The notes: generated by a model from the sequence alone, not told the origin. A stretch of DNA of 43,241 bases from a virus (IMGVR_UViG_2648501299_000008); one strand, 5' to 3'. Numbered from the stretch's first letter, positions 17,867-27,429 are shown. A program made the numbers and translations.

Positions 17867-19500
17867 TTTTCCTCCGGATCGGTAATGGTCTGGCTCGCAA
17901 ACTGGTCAACCTGTGCCCAGCTCGGAAGCGGTAATCCGCGTTTAAGACATGACTCAATTTCTCTCTGGCGCTGATCAAGCACTTCTTCCCAGTCTTCACC
18001 GACGTTTTCACCCACCTCAATCTCGAGGGTGGAAAGTCCGGCATCCAGACCAAGAATGGCGCCTTTTTTCTCTGCAACCGGATCCACCCAGCCGCGCCCT
18101 GGCCCCATCCAGCGCGCGCGAGAATACGCGGCTCTGGCGTCAACAAAATCAGGTGCGCCTGCGGGCAGGGGTAAATCCTCATTGTCGTGAACTTCTTCAA
18201 CAAAGGCGGTGAGAATGGGCTGAGCGAAGCCGGTAGAAAAATCGTCCCGGCGGCGAGTCAGTGTTTTCCATGCCTCCAGCAACGAGGAGCGTGCAGAACT
18301 GTAGTTAACGTCAGACCAGTCCTGGGTGACCTGCTGTGGGGACAACCCTGTTCCTGAAGAAAAATTACGGAGAACAGCAGATTCGAAGACTTCAAAATTG
18401 CTGTAGGGCCGCGCCGCGTTAACCGTCGTGATTTTCTCACCAGGATAAAGAATGGGCATTCGGGCACCATTCTGAAGTGTCAGACGCCGATCGTTATGGA
18501 ACTCAACACGCCCGTCCTGATAAGTGCCTAACTCCGACTCGTCATAGGTCTCGCCCAGGGCAGACTGAACCATCGCAGGGTCATAGGGTGACTCAATGTA
18601 AGCGGCAAATATGGCATTAAGAATTGCTGCCTCAAGCTCACTCTGGTCATACTTCACCAGCATTTTCAGACGCTGAATAACCGGAGTCAGGATGCCGTTA
18701 CCACGGTGCTGCGCGCCACGCTCATGATCAAAATCGTGAACCACATGCGGGCGGCCCCAGTCAGTTTCACGCGGGATACGCTGCCACGTCATGGTTTTAG
18801 CCCCGCTCCACCAGTCACCGATATGGGCCTCCCTGATGTGGTAAGCAACCGGCGCACCGTCCGCATCAATTTCAACGCCACCACGGACATTTGGCATATC
18901 GAAATTCTGCTGAGGATTACTGAGGCGGTCAGGATCGACAATCTGTACCGTGGTGGCGTAACGCCCTCTTCCGGGACCAAGCCTGTCAGTTCTGTACTGG
19001 AGAATGGCCAGAGCATCCCCGTCAATAAGCTTGTGACGAAATCCCAGGCGTAACATCTGCGACACGGTGAGTTTTCGTTCAACATCACAATACCGGCCAG
19101 GATCGTTACTCCAGGTCCGCCAGTTCCCGTCCAGTGCTTTTCCGTACTCTTCCGCCCAGGACGCATCAAACGCCTTGTTTCCGGTGATCATTCTGAGAAC
19201 ACGGTAATCGGGTTTCATGATGGGGCGGAAGTTGGCACCAACCGCATTATCCAGCAGACGTGTGACCGCACCGTTTGCCCAGCCGTCATTACGGACCAGA
19301 TCGCGTGCGCGGGACACGATGCGATCCCGGTAAATGTTAATTTCATTGTCCGGGGACCACAGCGCGGGTTGCCAGTTCGCCAGTTGATCGCTGAAAGAGT
19401 CAGCTGCGTCATAAGGTACGCGGCTCCCCCCCACCAGCATAGAGGGACGCTGCTGTCGCAACGGCTGCCCATCAGAGCCCAGTATCTGTACTTTATTCAT
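17863..19500 (-). CDS. portal protein, lambda gpB-like
   Basis: 545 aa; start overlaps the gpW stop (TGATG); position after terminase and W. Confidence 0.85.
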   Translation of the reverse strand: MNKVQILGSDGQPLRQQRPSMLVGGSRVPYDAADSFSDQLANWQPALWSPDNEINIYRDRIVSRARDLVRNDGWANGAVTRLLDNAVGANFRPIMKPDYRVLRMITGNKAFDASWAEEYGKALDGNWRTWSNDPGRYCDVERKLTVSQMLRLGFRHKLIDGDALAILQYRTDRLGPGRGRYATTVQIVDPDRLSNPQQNFDMPNVRGGVEIDADGAPVAYHIREAHIGDWWSGAKTMTWQRIPRETDWGRPHVVHDFDHERGAQHRGNGILTPVIQRLKMLVKYDQSELEAAILNAIFAAYIESPYDPAMVQSALGETYDESELGTYQDGRVEFHNDRRLTLQNGARMPILYPGEKITTVNAARPYSNFEVFESAVLRNFSSGTGLSPQQVTQDWSDVNYSSARSSLLEAWKTLTRRRDDFSTGFAQPILTAFVEEVHDNEDLPLPAGAPDFVDARAAYSRARWMGPGRGWVDPVAEKKGAILGLDAGLSTLEIEVGENVGEDWEEVLDQRQREIESCLKRGLPLPSWAQVDQFASQTITDPEEK

Positions 19501-19763
19501 CAGAATCTAAACCTCGCTGGTTTCCGGGGACGAGAGATAATCCCCAGTTGCGCCTGCAGAAGTTGAATCAGGGCCAGCAGATCAGCCAGGGTGCTTTGCT
19601 GATAGGACACTGATCGCGTCCCGTCTCCCTGCGTATAGGAAAACGAAACACCGTGGCTCCCGGTTGCTAAATCAATGTACGCCTGCTGAGCTTTCGCAAG
19701 CGCATCCCTGAGCTGATCGTCAGTCATTGCGCCGGCAAGCAGGCTGGTGTTCCGGTTGAACAT
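19500..19763 (-). CDS. head-tail joining protein, gpW-like
   Basis: 87 aa between terminase large subunit and portal. Confidence 0.65.
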   Translation of the reverse strand: MFNRNTSLLAGAMTDDQLRDALAKAQQAYIDLATGSHGVSFSYTQGDGTRSVSYQQSTLADLLALIQLLQAQLGIISRPRKPARFRF

Positions 19764-19771
19764 GATTTTCC

Positions 19772-21895
19772 TTATTTCGGCAGGAGTTGCGATATTCGCT
19801 TACGTTTGACCGGCGCTGGTTCTTCAATAACCGCACCCGGCAGCTCGTAATTGATTTTTTCTTCCTGTCCAACTGGCGCTGGCAGGAACTTATCCGGATC
19901 GGCTTCGAGGTTGGCGGCCCGGACGTTGAGTTTTAACCCCATATGTTTGAGACCGCACAGCGCGGCATAGCTGTAAACGAGGCAGTCAAGCGCTTCGTTA
20001 GCTCGTCCTGGTATTGCTTCCCAGATACTGTACCGCTGCCCGGAAATGACTTTGTAAACCAGTCGCTCCGCCAGCAGCTGATTGAAGTACCCGAGATCGC
20101 GATCGTCAGGAAAATGCATATAACCCGCAGCGGCGGCGCCAGGTTTGGGTGGCTCAAGATGCAGGCGACCGCGTATCACGTCTTTCGCTGAGTTAACCCC
20201 CAGAATGACAGGGCGGAAACTGGCTTTGCTTTTCGATGATGGTCGTTTGGTCGGCCAGACAGGATTGCGTTTACCTCCCTGTGCAGACTCCCCCTTAATT
20301 GCCCAGACACGACGGCCAAGACGCTCTTTGGCGAATTCGTATACCTTCTGCGTATGGTGGCCACCGGAGTCCATGCACGTTGCCATGATATTCAGGCCGC
20401 GCCCGTCACCACGTCGCCAGATCTGTTTCAGGTATGCATCCAGTCGCTTCCAGGGTTCTTCCGTCTCAAGGTCACCATAAATAACGTCATGCGCGACAGA
20501 CCACGATTCTTCATCTCTCCCCCAGCCGGTGATCGTAATTTCGAAGCGATCGTCCTGGGTATCAACTCCAGCTGTTAACAATGCCACCCCGTCCGGAACG
20601 ACGGCCGGAAATATTTCCCGGCGCGCCAGCAGAACATCAACAGGGAGCTGTTTCCCATGATTAGGTCGGTGCGGAAGCCCCATCTGGGTATTCCACCACG
20701 CCTGTTCCTTATCCGGATCGCCCTTCGCATCGATATATTTTTTCGCAATATCCGACGGCTTATCTTTTTGCCAGGGGCTGAAAAGCTTGGATGCCTGGTA
20801 CCCCGCGTGGTGGTTATCGACTGCCTCCTTTCCACAGGAGGGGCAGATTGCGCGATAGACCGCATGCCGTTCCGACTCTGACCATTGCCAGACCTTTTCA
20901 ACGCTGCCCTCGTCTGCCGCCCGCCAGGCAAGGTCATAATCCATCAGCGGTGAGTGCCGCTCCCCGCAGCACTCAAATGGGCGCGTCTGATGCCATCGAA
21001 TAGTTTGCAGAGCTCTGAGGCGCTGTCCTTCGGACCAGCCACTACCACAGCATTCGCAATAGAGCATCGCCGATTTAGTCAGGTGTTTATCTCCCTCTTT
21101 CGGCCACTGAACGTGTTTGAAAAAGTCGGGGAACTGGCGGTGGCCACAGTGCGGGCAAACCACAGATGCCCGGCGCTGATCGGAGTCGGCGTAGCTGTCA
21201 GCAATGCGGCTCTCATCCTCCACCGTCGGCGAACAGGCGCGTACAGACAGCCAGGTCAGGCCAAATGTCGCTGTACGCTCTTCGGCCAGCGCAATTGGAT
21301 CGCCTTCGCGGGTTATCGGGTACTTGTCCACTTCATCCGCCAGCAGGACACGAATCGGACGACGCGCAAGGTTATCAGGGCTACCAGCACCCGCCAGCGC
21401 CAGAAATCCGCCAGTGAACGCCTTGTAAAGAATGGTTTCTTTCGAGCTTTTCTGTTTCGAATCACCGATGATTTTACGCAGTACCGGCGTCACCCTTACC
21501 AGCGGGCTAATACGCTCTTTCGAAAACTGTTCAGCGGCTTCTTCTTTCGGCTGCAGCAGCAGTATCGGACAAGGATCGAGGTGGGCAAAATAGCCAAAAA
21601 GGTTTTCCAGCAGTGCTGTCTTCATCAACTGGGTACAGCACATTACAGTGATGATATGAACCCCGGACTCCGTCGCGGCAAGCATCGGTCCGCGGGCAAT
21701 TTCTACCGTCGATGTTTCCCAGTTTCCCGAAGTGCTCCCAGCCTCTTTTGCCAGCTTACGATAGTCATCTGCCCACTGCGGCACACTGATACGCGGCGGG
21801 GGTGTCCAGCCTTTGCGGACGCTTAATTCAAGACGCTCAATCTTCTGCCGGGTTAAACTCTGGCTCTCCGAGGACTGAGATGTGTTTGTGGACAT
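19772..21895 (-). CDS. terminase large subunit, lambda gpA-like
   Basis: About 707 aa from the ATG at 21893-21895 (tool ORF starts at TTG 21901). Overlaps the 3' end of the small-subunit gene. Confidence 0.9.
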   Translation of the reverse strand: MSTNTSQSSESQSLTRQKIERLELSVRKGWTPPPRISVPQWADDYRKLAKEAGSTSGNWETSTVEIARGPMLAATESGVHIITVMCCTQLMKTALLENLFGYFAHLDPCPILLLQPKEEAAEQFSKERISPLVRVTPVLRKIIGDSKQKSSKETILYKAFTGGFLALAGAGSPDNLARRPIRVLLADEVDKYPITREGDPIALAEERTATFGLTWLSVRACSPTVEDESRIADSYADSDQRRASVVCPHCGHRQFPDFFKHVQWPKEGDKHLTKSAMLYCECCGSGWSEGQRLRALQTIRWHQTRPFECCGERHSPLMDYDLAWRAADEGSVEKVWQWSESERHAVYRAICPSCGKEAVDNHHAGYQASKLFSPWQKDKPSDIAKKYIDAKGDPDKEQAWWNTQMGLPHRPNHGKQLPVDVLLARREIFPAVVPDGVALLTAGVDTQDDRFEITITGWGRDEESWSVAHDVIYGDLETEEPWKRLDAYLKQIWRRGDGRGLNIMATCMDSGGHHTQKVYEFAKERLGRRVWAIKGESAQGGKRNPVWPTKRPSSKSKASFRPVILGVNSAKDVIRGRLHLEPPKPGAAAAGYMHFPDDRDLGYFNQLLAERLVYKVISGQRYSIWEAIPGRANEALDCLVYSYAALCGLKHMGLKLNVRAANLEADPDKFLPAPVGQEEKINYELPGAVIEEPAPVKRKRISQLLPK

Positions 21896-22406
21896 GTTCA
21901 ATCAGCACCTCTGTCATCCTGTCCGCCGGTACATCCAGATCAGCAGCCATTAGCGGCGCCACCCTGGACGGCCAGTTAAGCCAGGCATCACGCTGTTGGC
22001 GAAAGGCGTTGAATAAAACCTCCTCGGCTGCTGTCAGCTCAATAAGCTGGCCGCTGTCTTTTTCATACTGCAGCTTTGCCTGCAGGGCCATGTAATTCTC
22101 GCGGATACGTCCCGCTTCCTCTCTCGAAAGATCTGCCCCTTCAGTGAGCATTATCTGGCGGACAGTTTTATTGATTTCATCACCGTCATCATCGTTATCG
22201 CTAACGACGGGAGTTTTCTTTTTCTTCGCGTTCGAGGCGCGCGGGTCTTTGCCATCGCGGTTTTTCTTCAATGCCGCATCGCTGGCCTCTACGTCAATCA
22301 GGTCTCCGTCCATCACAATGAAGCGCCCGGCTTTAATCCACCGACCAATTGTTTTGCGATCCACACCTGAATGTTGTGCGTACTGACTCTGGTTCATCGT
22401 GGTCAT
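21837..22406 (-). CDS. terminase small subunit, Nu1-like
   Basis: 189 aa with an N-terminal HTH-like segment (DRKTIGRWIKAGRF). Lies immediately downstream of the GGGACAT repeat array. Confidence 0.7.
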   Translation of the reverse strand: MTTMNQSQYAQHSGVDRKTIGRWIKAGRFIVMDGDLIDVEASDAALKKNRDGKDPRASNAKKKKTPVVSDNDDDGDEINKTVRQIMLTEGADLSREEAGRIRENYMALQAKLQYEKDSGQLIELTAAEEVLFNAFRQQRDAWLNWPSRVAPLMAADLDVPADRMTEVLIEHVHKHISVLGEPEFNPAED

Positions 22407-22554
22407 GGGACATCACCTGGGACATTTTCTGGGGTGGGACATTCGCCTGGGACATTTTTGCCATGTCCCACCAGAATGTCCCACTGGAATAAACTGGAAT
22501 AGCCAGAGCTGGCGAGGTGTCCGTAATGATCGCCAGAGGTGGGACATGGGACAC
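22407..22554. repeat. direct/inverted GGGACAT repeat array upstream of the small terminase gene (candidate cosB or pac-like terminase binding sites)
   Basis: GGGACAT at 22407, 22419, 22436, 22449 and 22541; inverted ATGTCCC at 22463 and 22476; variant GGGACAC at 22548; CTGGAAT twice at 22484-22500. Confidence 0.5.
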
Positions 22555-22696
22555 AAATCTGAAAGTTGTAGCTAGGAAAACACCGCGGCGCGCAATGCCC
22601 GTACCTTACAAAAGTCTCAGGAAGGACCCATTTTTTTATTGGCTTCGACCATTCGCTCCGACTATGATTATTCCTATTCAATACAAGGAGAATGTA

Positions 22697-23200
22697 ATGG
22701 GTAACAATATAATCAAAATAACTTTCGTAGCCGCAGTGCTGGCATCACCAATTGCTCATGCCCAGTGGGTAACTAATACTGAAGATGACCTTTTCTCTGG
22801 TGGTAAGAAAGCAATGATGCTTGGCGAGGTTTCATCCGACAATGGCGCCATTGTGTTTGACTGCACTAAAGAAAAGCTATCGGCGGCATACGTTGAAATG
22901 GATAAAAGCACCGAATCACTATCAGAGGTACCAATGGACCTGATAATGAAGGTCGACGGGAATACCGCAGTGAAGCTCGATGCTACCCTTTCAAGACGTA
23001 ATGTTCAGAGCCTCCAGATTCAATCGGATGACGCGGACCAACTAAAAACAGTGCTTAAGCAGCTTCAGGGGGCGAAATCCAAAGTGTTAGTTGGTGTGCA
23101 AACAAAGGATGGCGGAAACCAGCATTCCATGTCAGCCAATGTTTCTGGATCGACAACTGCAGTAAACAGCTTCATAAAAGCTTGCGAAATTAACTTATAA
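22697..23200 (+). CDS. secreted/periplasmic protein of unknown function (moron)
   Basis: 167 aa from the ATG at 22697 with AAGGAG 7 nt upstream. Predicted signal peptide MGNNIIKITFVAAVLASPIAHA|QW. Opposite strand to the late operon. Confidence 0.55.
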   Translation: MGNNIIKITFVAAVLASPIAHAQWVTNTEDDLFSGGKKAMMLGEVSSDNGAIVFDCTKEKLSAAYVEMDKSTESLSEVPMDLIMKVDGNTAVKLDATLSRRNVQSLQIQSDDADQLKTVLKQLQGAKSKVLVGVQTKDGGNQHSMSANVSGSTTAVNSFIKACEINL

Positions 23201-23210
23201 GTTACTGCTT

Positions 23211-23849
23211 TTATTTTGCCGTCCTGATGGCTTCTGCTATCGCCTGATTTAAAGCAGACGGTAGCAGTGCGTTCGCCATGGTACGGGCCCTATCCATATA
23301 CCCCAGCACTGGAGTCACAGGTAGCGCATCACCAAACCGGATCAAAAGCTTTGGAGAACGCTGTTTGCGTTTCGGTCTTCGCGTCCCGTTAGCGGAACGT
23401 TTGGCCCGTCGCTTCTTAGCTTTCATCGGCTTCTTACGCTGCCAGACAGCGTTAACGCCATCAACCTCACCTACGAATACATTTTCCTTTGCTTTAAGCT
23501 GTGAGAGCTTATTACGCGGCATGTTGCCGTATTTGTTTAGCTTGACGTTCTTGGGGTTCAATAGCGCTTGGCTATTGAGCTTATGCTCTCCACCTAACTC
23601 GAATGGTTCCAGATAACCAGCCGCGGTATCGCGGACAAAAACCTTTGCAGTCAGGTTGTTCTTCCTTGCCGCCACCGAACCAACTGATTTAACGGTAAAC
23701 GGTGTCGGGCTCTCCAGATGTCGTTCGAACGCTGTTTTCTGTGCCGTTTCTATTTGACGAACAACTTTTGTCATAGCTAGTGCTGTAGCATATGGCACCT
23801 GCTTTTGTACCTTCTTTAATTGCTGAGAAAGGTCTTTGAGTGTTGCCAT
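23211..23849 (-). CDS. hypothetical protein with lysine/arginine-rich segment
   Basis: 212 aa from the ATG at 23847-23849; basic tract KKPMKAKKRRAKRSANGTRRPKRKQR; no family recognised. Confidence 0.45.
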   Translation of the reverse strand: MATLKDLSQQLKKVQKQVPYATALAMTKVVRQIETAQKTAFERHLESPTPFTVKSVGSVAARKNNLTAKVFVRDTAAGYLEPFELGGEHKLNSQALLNPKNVKLNKYGNMPRNKLSQLKAKENVFVGEVDGVNAVWQRKKPMKAKKRRAKRSANGTRRPKRKQRSPKLLIRFGDALPVTPVLGYMDRARTMANALLPSALNQAIAEAIRTAK

Positions 23850-23910
23850 AAACGCTCCAGTGTACTGACATAAAAAAACCGCCCGGAGGCGGTGCATTAT
23901 GCTTATCGTT

Positions 23911-24153
23911 CTATTCTTGCTCCGAATCCGGGTCATCAAAAACATTAATAGATAAGTAAACACACTCACCTATTTCCCATCCTTTCTTGCTAAGAATATC
24001 TTCAGGGGTAGTATCGGGAACATAGAAATAGTACTCATATACCATATCGCCTGAATGCCCTGTATTCTCCTCAAGGTCTTCAGGTGATAGAGGTATGGAA
24101 TCCAACTCATCGTCAGTGAGTTCTAATTCAGTAGCAAGCGCTGATTGTGACAT
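23911..24153 (-). CDS. small strongly acidic protein of unknown function
   Basis: About 80 aa from the ATG at 24151-24153; very high Asp/Glu content. Confidence 0.4.
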   Translation of the reverse strand: MSQSALATELELTDDELDSIPLSPEDLEENTGHSGDMVYEYYFYVPDTTPEDILSKKGWEIGECVYLSINVFDDPDSEQE

Positions 24154-24361
24154 ATGACCTCCTGTGTGAACTAACCTCAAGCTAACCCACGCAACAATTT
24201 AATTCAACATCATGTTTTGTAAAGGATTTCTGACGAGTCCGTCAATTTGCATTATCGCAGGCACTCAGTGAATGCTTTCTGTAATGCAGTTAGTCGAGTA
24301 GCAATACAGCATGCCTCTCAACCACGGGATTGGATATAACCCAGTGAATGTATTATCGATG

Positions 24362-24391
24362 AAAAAAGGCCGCCTAAGCGACCTTTTGCTT
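24362..24391 (-). terminator. rho-independent terminator
   Basis: Minus-strand hairpin AAGGTCGC-ttag-GCGGCCTT followed by UUUUUUC, directly after the stop of the 24392-24643 ORF. Confidence 0.45.
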
Positions 24392-24643
24392 TTATCTTGA
24401 CCTGATGATTTTATCTATAGCTAAATGGACACGTTGATAATCATCAGTCCCAACGGGATATGAAGGGCTTCTTCTTCCGGCCACTTCGCCGTTGTAAACC
24501 ATCTGAACTTTGATTACCTCAACATTTTCACCATCCCAGATTTCAGTTCCACGAGAAACTTTGTAATGCGTGTTACTTGGGTGTGGTTTAGATGCTGTCA
24601 CTAACTCTACAGAGTCTTCGATGGGGAAATATGTTTTTGCCAT
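24392..24643 (-). CDS. hypothetical protein
   Basis: 83-aa ORF downstream of the spanin genes; no family recognised. Confidence 0.4.
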   Translation of the reverse strand: MAKTYFPIEDSVELVTASKPHPSNTHYKVSRGTEIWDGENVEVIKVQMVYNGEVAGRRSPSYPVGTDDYQRVHLAIDKIIRSR

Positions 24644-24705
24644 AATGTTACCTTTGGTTTCCTATGGTATTCCTTTGGAATCCTATAGAAAGGATAACGG
24701 GTACT

Positions 24706-24957
24706 TCATGGCTTGTCCACAAATTTTAGAGTGCTCGTCTTTACCTTTTTGGGATTACAGTTCACCTTCCATGCTTTGTTATGCACTAGGATGTCGCGCT
24801 TCGTCTGCTTATCCATAACGGCAATATCGTGGTCAGTAAGATAGATGGGCTTTACCCAATCACAGGCGGTATCAACGACTACCGGGGCGGGTCCAGTTGT
24901 TGCGCAGCTCACGATCAACATCGTCGCCAAGCATATGGTTAACACTCTGCTGTACAT
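24706..24957 (-). CDS. lipoprotein, candidate o-spanin (Rz1-like)
   Basis: 83 aa with a lipobox-like LIVSC after a hydrophobic leader. The gene overlaps the 3' end of the candidate i-spanin in another frame. Confidence 0.45.
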   Translation of the reverse strand: MYSRVLTICLATMLIVSCATTGPAPVVVDTACDWVKPIYLTDHDIAVMDKQTKRDILVHNKAWKVNCNPKKVKTSTLKFVDKP

Positions 24958-25147
24958 TGCTGGCCTCTTTCGTTGTTTCTACCCGGCGTTCAGCAACAGC
25001 TTCAGTAGCTGTTGCACGTTCTTCAGTGCGTTGCTGGTCCGCTTTTGTCTCAGCGATATTAGTACCGCGCGATTTACCCAGACCAAAAGCACCTGCAATT
25101 GCAGCCAGCACAGCAACAGCCAGGCCGATAATCATTTCAAGTCCCAT
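24872..25147 (-). CDS. candidate i-spanin (Rz-like)
   Basis: 91 aa from the ATG at 25145-25147: N-terminal transmembrane helix then charged helical periplasmic region. Lies directly after the endolysin gene. Short for an Rz protein. Confidence 0.4.
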   Translation of the reverse strand: MGLEMIIGLAVAVLAAIAGAFGLGKSRGTNIAETKADQQRTEERATATEAVAERRVETTKEASNVQQSVNHMLGDDVDRELRNNWTRPGSR

Positions 25148-25154
25148 AGCGACC

Positions 25155-25772
25155 TCATACCAGTGCGGCTTTTGCTTTGGCGTAGCGTGCACGACGGTCG
25201 TTAATGCCGTTCTGTCCACCATTGATGATCTGGGTGATGCGAACCAGATCGCCGGAATAGCTCAGGCATCCGCTGGTGGCGTAGAACCATGCAGCTGAAC
25301 GTGCCGCGTTGATATCCTTTTCCAGCAACTCAGGATTACTGACTAAATCCAGTTTTAATCCCGTTCCGCAGCGGCGGTAATTATCAAGACCGGTAATCTG
25401 AATCAGCCCACGGCCACGATATTTCCACCCATCGCCTGATGCTTTGTTACCGAGGCGATTGCTGTACACCAGATTTGCAATGGCTGGCTGATTGGCTACG
25501 TGCCCTTTTTCTTTGTCACGCCCAAGCATATATGCCTGATAGTTCGTAATGCGGCGTCCAAATGTGGTCAGCAGAGCGGCTGGGGTGTAGTTGAAGCTCT
25601 CCACCAGCGCAGAGAATCCCGCTGATTCATGTCCTGACTGAGCAATAAACATTGCCTGGTCTTCAGGCTTAACAATGCCGAACTCTTTCATTGCCGCGTC
25701 AATGTGCGGAAACCAGCGCGTAGCTAACCCGGCGCTTACACCAGCCGCCTGTTGAAATTGTGATTGGTTCAT
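25155..25772 (-). CDS. endolysin, glycoside hydrolase family 19 (chitinase-like lysozyme)
   Basis: 205 aa; lysozyme/chitinase-like sequence in the lysis cassette position. Start overlaps the preceding membrane protein stop (TAATG). Confidence 0.8.
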   Translation of the reverse strand: MNQSQFQQAAGVSAGLATRWFPHIDAAMKEFGIVKPEDQAMFIAQSGHESAGFSALVESFNYTPAALLTTFGRRITNYQAYMLGRDKEKGHVANQPAIANLVYSNRLGNKASGDGWKYRGRGLIQITGLDNYRRCGTGLKLDLVSNPELLEKDINAARSAAWFYATSGCLSYSGDLVRITQIINGGQNGINDRRARYAKAKAALV

Positions 25773-26053
25773 TAATGCCTCAGCGTATCAACGAGACGCG
25801 CCACATTCCCACGAGCCCATAACACGGCAGCGCAAATAAGAAGGTTTACGATGACCACCATCCAGTGTGACTCCTGGTAGAGGCCGAACAGATATCGGAA
25901 TGGAACGCTGGCATAAACCAGCACAACGAAGTACGCCAGCAATGATATAGCGGGGCGATGTCTTGCCCCTTCACGCTGGTAGAACATCAGGACAAGGACG
26001 ATGACCGCACAAATACCTGCATTCACCATCGCTGACGGATCACTTGTTACCAT
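25772..26053 (-). CDS. holin-like small membrane protein
   Basis: 93 aa from the ATG at 26051-26053 with GGAGGAGGGG just upstream; two or three predicted transmembrane segments. Confidence 0.5.
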   Translation of the reverse strand: MVTSDPSAMVNAGICAVIVLVLMFYQREGARHRPAISLLAYFVVLVYASVPFRYLFGLYQESHWMVVIVNLLICAAVLWARGNVARLVDTLRH

Positions 26054-26435
26054 TGCTGGCCCCTCCTCCACGGAATCGCGAAAGAATACTGAACAGGCTT
26101 CCCAAATCCTGACTGTTGAAAAATGTGAGCACTTTGATTGTCATCGCCGCCACTACAACAGCACCAAGTGCGTCTAATGGTCTGTCACTATACCCGGTAG
26201 CCTGTGACAGCTTTGAACCCACCAGTCCAGCGGCAAGAACGCCAACAATGAATGACGTCATGAAGTAAGCAATCAATCGTACTCGTGTGATATTTGCCGC
26301 TGTCGCTACATAAAATACTGCACCAGCGAATGCGCCAAATACCACGCCATAATCAATACCGGTTGCAAGACCAAATACGCTGGCTCCCATCAGGCCACCA
26401 GCCGCGACCGTAGTGCCAGAAACAGGATCGGACAT
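26040..26435 (-). CDS. holin-like membrane protein
   Basis: 131 aa with several Gly/Ala-rich hydrophobic segments; first gene of the lysis cassette. Confidence 0.5.
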   Translation of the reverse strand: MSDPVSGTTVAAGGLMGASVFGLATGIDYGVVFGAFAGAVFYVATAANITRVRLIAYFMTSFIVGVLAAGLVGSKLSQATGYSDRPLDALGAVVVAAMTIKVLTFFNSQDLGSLFSILSRFRGGGASNGNK

Positions 26436-26529
26436 TAAGCCCCCTCTTATTGCTGTGAGTCCTCTCAGGAATGAGGGGAATAAAAAAGGCCACCCGAAGG
26501 TGGCCTTATGTGATTCGAGGATATATCGT

Positions 26530-27429
26530 TTAGCGAATATTCCACATCATCGTGCTGCCATTATGATTTTCAATAATTTTCGCAGCAGGACTCGTACCAA
26601 ATGAATGCATGTAGCAATGATGTATAGTCAGCACAAGATCCTGCAGAGTTTGGTCGCTCTCCAGCTCCATAATGTTCAAACCAATGCTTTGCGCTTTATC
26701 CAGATGAATATGTCTAGCATGCGCATAGGTTGTATGATGATTGTTTAGCTCATCACAAATTCGCTTAGCCTTATCTTGAGCGTTAGCATGACCTGCAAAC
26801 ATACCAGTACACAGCCATTTTTGTACTATTTCATTAGCCCAAACAATAGCCTTTTCACATTCACCAATGAGAGTCGGGTTTAGCTTTTGAAGAGTAAATT
26901 GCCACCATTGGATCGCTGCAGCATTTTCAGAAATCTCTTTCTTAGCTCGCTCATACTCTTCTATGATCGCATGAGATGATAAACCACCAAGCTGCGGATC
27001 AATTGGCCCCAAATTTGACTGTTTGCCCAATACAATCTGTTCGGCACAGCAAGCCAACATGGTCCCACAACTCATTGAGATCATAGGAACAATTGCCCGG
27101 ATATTGGTCCCAAATTTTGAACGAAGATAATGACCAATAGATTCCAATGCTGCAATATCTCCCCCTGGGGTATGAAGCAAGATATCCAGCCCTAATGACG
27201 TGTCTAAGCCGTTAATGGCTGACATAAGACCATTTTTATCGTCATCTGACATTTGTATTAAATGCTGCAACCCAGGCCCCCCCTTCTGGAGGAAGCCTGA
27301 GTAATATGAAATTACGTTTCGGCCTGTATGCTTCGACAACTCTCGTAAGTACTTGTGGCGAACCTCATCCGCTGGTGTACGTTGAGCAATAGTACCCATC
27401 TCGCCCAACACGTCTATCCAATTTGGCAT
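26530..27429 (-). CDS. ClpP-fold serine protease (SDH/S49-like family), accessory gene
   Basis: 299 aa with LLHTPGGDIAALE and MISMSCGTMLACCAEQ segments resembling the ClpP/S49 fold. Region looks AT-rich by eye. Lies between the Q region and the holin. Confidence 0.55.
   Translation of the reverse strand: MPNWIDVLGEMGTIAQRTPADEVRHKYLRELSKHTGRNVISYYSGFLQKGGPGLQHLIQMSDDDKNGLMSAINGLDTSLGLDILLHTPGGDIAALESIGHYLRSKFGTNIRAIVPMISMSCGTMLACCAEQIVLGKQSNLGPIDPQLGGLSSHAIIEEYERAKKEISENAAAIQWWQFTLQKLNPTLIGECEKAIVWANEIVQKWLCTGMFAGHANAQDKAKRICDELNNHHTTYAHARHIHLDKAQSIGLNIMELESDQTLQDLVLTIHHCYMHSFGTSPAAKIIENHNGSTMMWNIR

Noticed and set aside
20954-21826. 290-aa plus-strand ORF antisense to the terminase large subunit gene.
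   Set aside because: Entirely within the terminase gene on the opposite strand; Arg/Ala-rich low-information translation; no start context.
22570-22600. GC-rich dyad (CGCGGCGCGC region) as the cohesive-end nicking site.
   Set aside because: Only a weak resemblance to the lambda cosN sequence as I recall it; it cannot be called without end-mapping data. Mentioned under the repeat-array finding instead.
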